Shown here: in pieces, positions 1 to 6,441 of the stretch
Layout: each line of letters opens with the position of its first letter
How positions within the stretch are numbered: the stretch's first letter is position 1
DNA from: Candidatus Sigynarchaeum calidifontis
GTDB lineage: Archaea; Asgardarchaeota; Lokiarchaeia; Sigyniarchaeales; Sigyniarchaeaceae
DNA: 18,825 bases
NCBI GenBank assembly: GCA_030587475.2
Contig: JAUQYZ020000118.1
Span: forward strand, 1 to 18,825
Reading direction: 5' to 3'
Translations under genes and position numbers: made by a program
Notes under the pieces: model-generated
What the model was told of the DNA's origin: nothing
Seen by the model: the letters and a program-made list of their open reading frames with translations, nothing else
Database searches by the model: none

Positions 1-539
1 TCGCCGGCGAGGATCGCCGCGGCGAGCTGGCACGCGTCGAAGTAAATGCCCTTGAGCGCCATGCGCAAGCCCATGGCGTCGCCGGCGTGCGCGGCCAGCA
101 GCGACCGCGCCCACAGCGTCTCGCCGCCATCGGGATGCACGTTCGCCCACTGCCCCGCCTTCGTGTCGTACACGGGCACCTTGTACTTGCGCGCCACGTC
201 GGCGGCGGGCAGCACGGTCGACGCGAACCACGCCTGCTTGAACGTGGCGGCGAGCAGGTCGAGGTCCTCGGGCGCCGCGTTGTGGATCGCGATCACATTC
301 TTCTGGCCCTCGACGAGGTCCTCCCCTTCCGAGTCGAGCAGCTGCGCCAGCGCCGCCGCCCCGTCCGCCTTGCCCATGCCGCACGTGTCGAGCGACGCGT
401 GGACGGCGAGGTGGGGCACGAAGTCCACGAGCGCGGCGAACTCGGTCGAGTCGAGGAACCCGGCGACGACGAACGGCTGCCGCTTGGCGAAGGCGTAGTG
501 CAGGGCGAGCGGGTCGCGGGTGGCGGACGCGTCCATCAT
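1..539 (-). CDS. Hypothetical protein, possibly DENN/folliculin C-terminal-like alpha/beta domain (3' end beyond window)
   Basis: Not in the ORF track because it runs off the left edge. Open frame from ATG at 539/536: MMDASATRDPLALHYAFAKRQPFVVAGFLDSTEFAALVDFVPH...AWFASTV...VPVYDTKAGQW...ETLWARSLL...; almost all codons end in G/C, about 70% GC in sampled lines. The CDS call is solid; the fold call is a manual inference. Confidence 0.8.
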   Translation of the reverse strand, partial: MMDASATRDPLALHYAFAKRQPFVVAGFLDSTEFAALVDFVPHLAVHASLDTCGMGKADGAAALAQLLDSEGEDLVEGQKNVIAIHNAAPEDLDLLAATFKQAWFASTVLPAADVARKYKVPVYDTKAGQWANVHPDGGETLWARSLLAAHAGDAMGLRMALKGIYFDACQLAAAILAG

Positions 540-568
540 CCCGCGAGGCACCCGCTCGAGGCATTAAA

Positions 569-850
569 GTGAAAAGCCCGCGTTCGGTCCAGCGATGCAT
601 GGGATCGAGAACCTTGGACCACGACATCAAGGCACGGAACGAGATCGCGGGATTCTTGTTGCTGGTGCTCTTGTTTTTTGGAGTGGGGTTCTTCGTCATT
701 GGCATCGCGTACATGAATATCATGCAGTTCGTGCTAGGGCTTTCTCTCGTGTGCGGGTTCGTGGTGCTCCTTGCCGTCTACGTGCAGAAGGTCGGAGGCT
801 GGGAAAGGGAGACGCTCTACCGGCAAGAATCGCCACCGTCTGGAGAGTAA
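569..850 (+). CDS. Small membrane protein with two predicted TM helices
   Basis: Two hydrophobic stretches (IAGFLLLVLLFFGVGFFVIGIAY; IMQFVLGLSLVCGFVVLLAVYV). The true start may be downstream of 569. Confidence 0.65.
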   Translation: MKSPRSVQRCMGSRTLDHDIKARNEIAGFLLLVLLFFGVGFFVIGIAYMNIMQFVLGLSLVCGFVVLLAVYVQKVGGWERETLYRQESPPSGE

Positions 851-864
851 AGAAAAAGAAGAAG
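851..864 (-). terminator. Pyrimidine-rich tract, putative archaeal terminator
   Basis: The minus strand reads CTTCTTCTTTTTCT just after the stop of the 55-aa ORF, between convergent genes. Confidence 0.35.
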
Positions 865-870
865 CCGTGC

Positions 871-1038
871 CTAGCACGACGCGAGTTTCTCGGCACGCGC
901 CGCGATGCGGGCGAGCACCCCGCCGAGGAACGTGGCCGGGTCGATGCCCCGCCTGCGCAGGTGGCCGAGGTCTTTCTTGAGGTCGCGGGCGAGCTTGGCA
1001 GCCTCGCCGGGCGGCCGCAGGGGGTAGCTGGACTGCAT
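871..1038 (-). CDS. Small 55-aa basic hypothetical protein
   Basis: Manually translated (shorter than any ORF in the track): MQSSYPLRPPGEAAKLARDLKKDLGHLRRRGIDPATFLGGVLARIAARAEKLASC*. Strong G/C third-position bias like neighbouring genes. Confidence 0.6.
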   Translation of the reverse strand: MQSSYPLRPPGEAAKLARDLKKDLGHLRRRGIDPATFLGGVLARIAARAEKLASC

Positions 1039-1086
1039 AGCTGCCCCGCCGGCCGGAAGTATTTGAGAGGAGTTGTTAGCTCACTC

Positions 1087-1578
1087 TTATGATCTCGGCC
1101 GGGATCGTGCCCTTTTTCTCTCGTTTCTTAATTCTCGGCATGAGCAGGCGAACTCCAGGATCCCCACGACGAATACCATGTTGCTGAAAAGCCACAAGCC
1201 GAAAGATCCATTGCCGAAGCCGGAAAGGAGATACGGGAGGAAGAACGAGAACACGCACGTGAAGATGGATTGGCACAAGAAAGACTCGGGGGATTCTCGA
1301 CCCATCGGGCGATTCGCCTCGACGGGGGGAGGCGCCCGCGAGGCAATGAAGCCGGCGCATCAATTCTCCAGGCTCTATATAGGATACGGTCATGCCGCGA
1401 TGATCCCCAGCAGCCCGATCGCGAGCCAGCCCCACCCGACCTCGACCCGCCCGAGCGCGCCCGACCATCAAATTCATCTTTGGTCAGCAATACGAGAGCC
1501 AAGCGGGGTGCTAAAACGAGCCGTCCGCGAGTACTACACGCTGTGGGATCTGCTCGTCTCGGCGTTCAAGCCAAGCAT
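1087..1578 (-). pseudogene. Possible decayed membrane-protein gene
   Basis: One minus-strand frame holds TM-like segments (GWGWLAIGLLGIIAA; IFTCVFSFFLPYLL; FGLWLFSNMVFVVGIL) separated by several in-frame stops. Only 1087-1305 is still open. Confidence 0.35.
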
Positions 1579-1614
1579 GTGAGGATGGTATATCATTTGA
1601 TCGAAAATCGAATG

Positions 1615-1634
1615 AACCTTAATTAAGGTTTAAA
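1615..1634 (+). promoter_or_regulatory. 16-bp perfect palindrome overlapping a TATA-like box of the GTPase gene
   Basis: AACCTTAATTAAGGTT (1615-1630) overlaps TTTAAA (1629-1634), about 30 nt upstream of ATG 1663. Confidence 0.55.
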
Positions 1635-1662
1635 GACAATAGACATCAAGTGATTGGTGATC

Positions 1663-2190
1663 ATGTCGTCCTCATATAAGGTCAAGTTGCTCCTATGTGG
1701 GCCGGCCGCTGTCGGGAAAACGAGCCTCATAAAACGGTTCGTGAAAAACGCGTTTCAAGCAGATTACAAACTCACCATTGGCGTTGACATTCTCACGAAG
1801 GACGTGGCGCTTAGAAATCAAGAAGTAGCCACCCTTTCCATATGGGATGTCGGGGGACAACGTCGTTTTGAGTTTATACGAACCACGTTCTACAAGGGCG
1901 CCAGCGGCGCGATCCTCGTGTTCGACCTCACCCGAGCCGAGACCTACCAGGAAGTCACGAAGAAGTGGGCGGAAGAGGTTACCCGCAACTGCGGCGCCAT
2001 CCCGTACATCCTCATCGGCAACAAGGCCGATCTCGTCGAGAAAGTCGGCCGCGTCATGGACCCGAACGAGGCCGCGCAGTGGGCCGCTGCCAACAACTCG
2101 ATCTACCTCGAGACCAGCGCCCTCGGCGGCCAGAACGTCGACGAGGCGTTCATCGAGATCACCGAGCGCATGGTCGGGCTCAAGAAGTAA
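1663..2190 (+). CDS. Rab-like small GTPase (Ras superfamily, Asgard type)
   Basis: G1 GPAAVGKT, G2/RabF1-like TIGVDI, G3 WDVGGQ, RabF3/F4-like RFEFI..FYKGA, RabF5-like LVFDLT, G4 NKAD, G5 ETSAL. No C-terminal Cys prenylation motif. ATG 1663 is preferred over the track start at 1654. Confidence 0.95.
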   Translation: MSSSYKVKLLLCGPAAVGKTSLIKRFVKNAFQADYKLTIGVDILTKDVALRNQEVATLSIWDVGGQRRFEFIRTTFYKGASGAILVFDLTRAETYQEVTKKWAEEVTRNCGAIPYILIGNKADLVEKVGRVMDPNEAAQWAAANNSIYLETSALGGQNVDEAFIEITERMVGLKK

Positions 2191-2243
2191 ACCACCCTCC
2201 TTTTCCTTGACGTGCAATTGATTCATTCCCGCCTTCGCAGATC

Positions 2244-2444
2244 TCAGGGATACGTGTTAAAAGGCGTGATGCAGGGCAAAAGGAACTCGTTTTCAAGGAG
2301 CTGCATTTTGAGAGAGGGTAACATCCCATGTTGAACCCAAGAAGGAGGGCAGAAACGTTTTGAGTTTTTGAACTCGTTTGTTGAAATCTGTTCAATTAAT
2401 ACGTGAAAAAATGAACTTACGTCCATTTTTTTTCCAACTAGCAT
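2244..2444 (-). CDS. Dubious 66-aa ORF in an AT-rich intergenic segment
   Basis: ATG-started and fills the gap between the GTPase and MFS genes, but has no motif and atypical AT-rich codon use. Confidence 0.25.
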   Translation of the reverse strand: MLVGKKMDVSSFFHVLIEQISTNEFKNSKRFCPPSWVQHGMLPSLKMQLLENEFLLPCITPFNTYP

Positions 2445-2503
2445 GAAAAATGTATAAATCCGAGAACAAAATGAAAGGTGGGCGGATTAGTTGCGAACGT
2501 TTT

Positions 2504-3901
2504 TCATTTCTGCTCTTGCAACTTCCGCGCCTTCTCCGCGTGCATCTCCAAAACCGTTCGCTGGACCATGCCCAGGTACTCGCCGCGGAGCGGGTACCAC
2601 TTCAATATCAACGCGCCCGACAGCATCGCGAGTCCCGTGATGAGCCCGATGAAGATCCGGATGGCGATGAGCACGGGTTCGGGCTGTGGCAAGGTAATCT
2701 CGTGGGTCACGGGGTCGGCGGGGATGAAGCCGGCACTCTCGATGAGCCACGCGCCGAGGCCGATCGCCAGGGACTGGGCGGGCTTCGTGAGGAGCGCGTT
2801 CACGCCGAAAAACGCTGCCTCCCGGCGCACGCCGTGTTTCATCTCATCCTCATCGGTCACTTGCGCGAACAAGACGTTCGTTAGCACGAGTGGGCCCGAG
2901 AGCCCGAACCCCGCGAAGAGCAAGCACACGAGGATCCCGGCGGTCGGCAAGAACGACACGCACAGCAAGGCGCACCCGCTCAGCACGAGCAAGATCTGGT
3001 TCGCCGACACCACGCCGCGCTTGATGGCGATCTTGTTGGCCAGGAACGTGCCCACGAGCAGCCCGACGAACACCATGGCGAGCGGGACGATCGTTGGAAG
3101 CAGCAAGACGTAATCCGCGATGTAGTACATCCCGCCCGTGACGATGCTCTGCATGAGGATCGACATGAAGTTGGCGGCCGTGAGGACGAGGAACGACCGG
3201 CTCTTGATCGTGTACTTGAGCGACGCGTACAGCCCGAGCGGCTTGTCGACCACCGTGAACTCGGGCCGCTCCTTCACGTTCAATGCGGTAATGATAACAG
3301 TAATCGCCCCGAGGATGCCGATGGCGATCACGCCGATGTACAGGGGGAACAGCGACGTCGCGCCTTCCTTGGGGCGCACCATGTCGGGAAGCAAGAACCC
3401 GAGGATCGTGCCCACGAGCTGGAGCACCGACGAGTACTTTTGCAGCTCGCCCCGCTCCGCGTCCGACTCCGTGAGCTCGGGCAGCAGCGCCGAGTAGACG
3501 AGAAAGATGATCGTGTAGGTCGTGTCGTAGAGCAGCATCGTGACGAGCATCCACCAGAACAAGTCCCAGTCGGGCAGCGACGTCGGCACGAGCCAGACGA
3601 GGATGAACGTGAGCCCGAGAAACGGCGCCGTGAAGAGCATGTACGGGACGCGCCGGCCGCGTTTCCCCTTCGTCGAATCGCTGATGAACCCGAACAGCGG
3701 GTCGTTGACCGCGTTCCAGATGGCATAGATGAACGCGGACCACCCGATGAAACTGGCGGCGAGCCCGAGGTATGTCTGGTAGAAGTAGGTCAGCAGCGCG
3801 CCGTACGTCCCTTGCACGAGGCTCCCGCCGAAACTGCAGATGCCCCAGACGAACTTCTGCCGGCGGGTGAAGATCCGGGGGGTAATGCTTGGTTGTTCCA
3901 T
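2504..3901 (-). CDS. MFS transporter, glycoside-pentoside-hexuronide (MelB-like) family
   Basis: About 12 hydrophobic segments; WNAVNDPLFGFISD, GRRVPY, YSALLPEL..ER, VTDEDE..GVRREA.FFG motifs. Start at MEQPS (3901); the longer track ORF overlaps the divergent gene. Confidence 0.92.
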   Translation of the reverse strand: MEQPSITPRIFTRRQKFVWGICSFGGSLVQGTYGALLTYFYQTYLGLAASFIGWSAFIYAIWNAVNDPLFGFISDSTKGKRGRRVPYMLFTAPFLGLTFILVWLVPTSLPDWDLFWWMLVTMLLYDTTYTIIFLVYSALLPELTESDAERGELQKYSSVLQLVGTILGFLLPDMVRPKEGATSLFPLYIGVIAIGILGAITVIITALNVKERPEFTVVDKPLGLYASLKYTIKSRSFLVLTAANFMSILMQSIVTGGMYYIADYVLLLPTIVPLAMVFVGLLVGTFLANKIAIKRGVVSANQILLVLSGCALLCVSFLPTAGILVCLLFAGFGLSGPLVLTNVLFAQVTDEDEMKHGVRREAAFFGVNALLTKPAQSLAIGLGAWLIESAGFIPADPVTHEITLPQPEPVLIAIRIFIGLITGLAMLSGALILKWYPLRGEYLGMVQRTVLEMHAEKARKLQEQK

Positions 3902-4097
3902 CTCGAACCATCTCGATCGGTTCCGCGTAAAACCGGATCCACCGACGACGACCAGGTATTTAATCCCGACCCTTACGACCCAAGGCTTTGCAGAACGTGG
4001 ACACGACGCCACGGCATCGAGATGGCGTTCGTGGAGCGAAGACATAAGCCCGACGGCGCGTTCCACGACATGTCCCCACGGGACGCGCGCGCGGCGG

Positions 4098-4955
4098 ATG
4101 CTGATGGAACCGGAGAAGATGCTGGCAGCCTGGAAGGCGGAAAAGCAAGAAGTGAGCACCTTGTTCAAGGAAAAAACGCGGCTCGCGAGGGACAGGAAAA
4201 TCTACCTCCACTACAAGATCCACGACCAGCACCTCGACGCGCTGGTCAAGAAATACGAGGCGACGGCCCGGACCCACTTCCACCGGGCGAGAGCAGAATT
4301 CACGGCGTATTTTGCCGGGACCCGTGCCCCGATCGTCGCGTTCGATGTCGAGGAGTTTCACAACGAGATGTCTTGCATCCTCGGCGTCCTCGTCGACAAG
4401 GAGTTGCACGTCGAGGTGTTTCTCGATTCCTTGAGGCGTGCCCCGTGCCCCGAGGAGACGGCCCGCATGACGAGGGAGGCCGGCGCATGGCTGAGGAAAT
4501 TACCTGGCTGTCCCGCCGTGCTGACCCACGGGTTTAACCAGACCGAGCGCGAGATAACGGGGAACTTGAAAAACGAGTGCGTGAACACGCAGCTATTGCT
4601 CACGCCGATGTTGCAAAAAATAAAGGGCCCCGAGTTTCTTGGTGGCAAGTTGCAAGATTTCGAGGAGCTGGTCCGTTTTGAACGAACCGGTTGCCCTTTC
4701 CTCAAGCACGCCAAGGACCTGGAAAGCGCCGGCATCCAGAAAAAAGAGATCGCTTTCCTTTTCCCGAAGCAAGCCAAGCTCAGCATCTGGAACATGGCGG
4801 ACGGGAAGCCCGCCAGGACTTGCAAGTTGTGTGGCAAGGAGCAAGACGTGTTCTTGTACTGCTTGGAAGATGCGATCGTCACGATCTTGATCTTCTTGCG
4901 CGCCATGAACGATGAAGCAAAGGAGAAAAAGGCGAACCACGAGGAATCGGCGTGA
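4098..4955 (+). CDS. DEDDy/DnaQ-like (YprB RNase_H_2-like) exonuclease with a putative Zn site
   Basis: ExoI IVAFDVEE (about 4341), ExoII-like VLTHGFNQTE, GKLQDFEELVRFER (YprB-like LKxxE..G.R segment), ExoIII YCLED (about 4857); extra CPFLKH and CKLC. Start uncertain (4098/4104). Confidence 0.7.
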   Translation: MLMEPEKMLAAWKAEKQEVSTLFKEKTRLARDRKIYLHYKIHDQHLDALVKKYEATARTHFHRARAEFTAYFAGTRAPIVAFDVEEFHNEMSCILGVLVDKELHVEVFLDSLRRAPCPEETARMTREAGAWLRKLPGCPAVLTHGFNQTEREITGNLKNECVNTQLLLTPMLQKIKGPEFLGGKLQDFEELVRFERTGCPFLKHAKDLESAGIQKKEIAFLFPKQAKLSIWNMADGKPARTCKLCGKEQDVFLYCLEDAIVTILIFLRAMNDEAKEKKANHEESA

Positions 4956-4961
4956 CCTGGC

Positions 4962-5939
4962 TCATAGCCGCCGGTGCATGACCCAGTAGACCTGGTGCAC
5001 CCTCGCGCCGATGCTTTTCGCGTAAAACTTCATCGTGTCCCCGACCACCCACATGATGACCATCGTGCGCAGCCCTGCTTGCTTCATGTCGTACGCGCAC
5101 CACTTGAGCAACCCGCCCCCGACGCCCTTGCCGCGCAAGCTGCGGAGCACGCTGGTCGGCCCGAACGAGCCGGGAAATTGCAGCGAGTGCCCTGCAAAGC
5201 CAACGACGTGGCCGCCCGGGTCCTTGGCCACGAACACGGTCGGGGGATCGTGCTTGAAGCCGAGCTTGATTTCCTCCGCCCAGAAGCCGTTGTCGTTCTT
5301 GGCGACGTACGAGACCGTCGCGTCCCGGTCGCCCGCAGTCGCGCGGCCGATCGTGATATCCCCGAACTTGTCGGGAGGCCGTTCCATGGCCGCCGGGATG
5401 TCGTAACCGAGGTTCTGGCGCTCGCCCTTGTGCTTGAACCCGTTTTTTTTCAAGAAAAAGTACGCGGCCGTGTACCGCGGGTCGAGCCCCGGCCAGATGT
5501 AATTCGGCGGGGCGGCCATCACGTACACTTTCTTGATGCGGATCGTGAGCCTCGTCCTACGCTCCTTCGCTGGCCACTTCCCCGCCTTGAGCCGGGCGAG
5601 CAGCGTGGACAGCATGGCAGTGCCGATCCCTTGCCTCCGCCGGTCCGCCCGGACGGCGAAGAGCATCAGCACGGCCGTTGATAGCGTGACCCGCCGGCCA
5701 TGCACGAGGACCGGTGCACACCGCGCCACGGCGAGCATGGCCGCCACGATTTCCCTCGATGTCGGGTCCCGGGCCACGATGGAATAATCAGGATCGAAGT
5801 CAGGGTCGTCGATGGTCACCCGCTCGAACGTCTCGATCGGGAACGAATACAACCCGGCACCCGCTTCTTTCTCGAAAAAGGCGTGCAATTCCCCGATGTT
5901 GTCCTTGCTAAACGGTTCGAGGGTAAATCCGCCGAGCAC
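4962..5939 (-). CDS. Tandem-domain GNAT N-acetyltransferase
   Basis: Two acetyl-CoA motif A copies (VRADRRRQGIGTAML; VLRSLRGKGVGGGLL), plus FLKKNGF and KFYAKSIG motif B elements. The NYIWPGLD and FGP segments recall GlmA-like amino-sugar acetyltransferases. Confidence 0.9.
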   Translation of the reverse strand: MLGGFTLEPFSKDNIGELHAFFEKEAGAGLYSFPIETFERVTIDDPDFDPDYSIVARDPTSREIVAAMLAVARCAPVLVHGRRVTLSTAVLMLFAVRADRRRQGIGTAMLSTLLARLKAGKWPAKERRTRLTIRIKKVYVMAAPPNYIWPGLDPRYTAAYFFLKKNGFKHKGERQNLGYDIPAAMERPPDKFGDITIGRATAGDRDATVSYVAKNDNGFWAEEIKLGFKHDPPTVFVAKDPGGHVVGFAGHSLQFPGSFGPTSVLRSLRGKGVGGGLLKWCAYDMKQAGLRTMVIMWVVGDTMKFYAKSIGARVHQVYWVMHRRL

Positions 5940-5951
5940 GGGTATCGACCC

Positions 5952-6395
5952 CTATGATTCTTCACCATTGCCCTTGAAAAGCGCGCCGATGTCCACGCGC
6001 TCCCGCTCGCCGCGCTTCTTGACCGAGATGGTGCTCTTGATGCCGAGAAGTTCACGTTCGATTTGCTGGATATCTACCAACCATATATCGCCGCGAGGAA
6101 CGCGCCCGGAGCGGATGTTGGCGATGAGGAGGTCAATACGGGCTAGTACCTCGGGCGGGAACAGCAGGCCCTTGATCCGGGCATGCAGTTGCGGGTTCGA
6201 CGCCTTCATTTTCTTCAAGTACGCGTAAGCATCGGGTGCCATCAAGAATTGCATGCAAGCATCGATTTTTTGCTCCAGGATCGCTTCGGCGTTCTGGCTG
6301 AGCTCCTGGCGCAGCTTCTCTTCCTTCTGCCTGGCCATCAGCTCGGCCATCTTCTTCCGTCGCAGCGCGGCCAGCTCGTCGTCTTCATCCGTCAT
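5952..6395 (-). CDS. PDCD5/TFAR19-family DNA-binding protein (divergent)
   Basis: N-terminal DDELAALRRKKMAEL, charged linker, LMAPDA....L.....NP, then SGRV...I....I..I and a C-terminal I.VKKR match the PDCD5 family pattern. Confidence 0.75.
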   Translation of the reverse strand: MTDEDDELAALRRKKMAELMARQKEEKLRQELSQNAEAILEQKIDACMQFLMAPDAYAYLKKMKASNPQLHARIKGLLFPPEVLARIDLLIANIRSGRVPRGDIWLVDIQQIERELLGIKSTISVKKRGERERVDIGALFKGNGEES

Positions 6396-6441
6396 GGGGC
6401 ATCACCGACGCGCGATGTAATGCAACGGCCAATTTCAAGCC

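Noticed and set aside
46-572. Plus-strand ORFs 46-498 and 87-572
   Set aside because: Antisense shadows of the GC3-biased minus-strand gene; the translations are low-complexity and not protein-like.
1049-1102. SECIS-like element or selenoprotein readthrough
   Set aside because: The hairpin lacks a proper AUGA/GA core with apical AA, and no gene shows an in-frame TGA at a conserved Cys position.
3840-4168. Long overlapping N-terminal extensions of the MFS and exonuclease track ORFs
   Set aside because: Not protein-like and would overlap head-to-head; starts at 3901 and 4098 leave a normal divergent promoter region.
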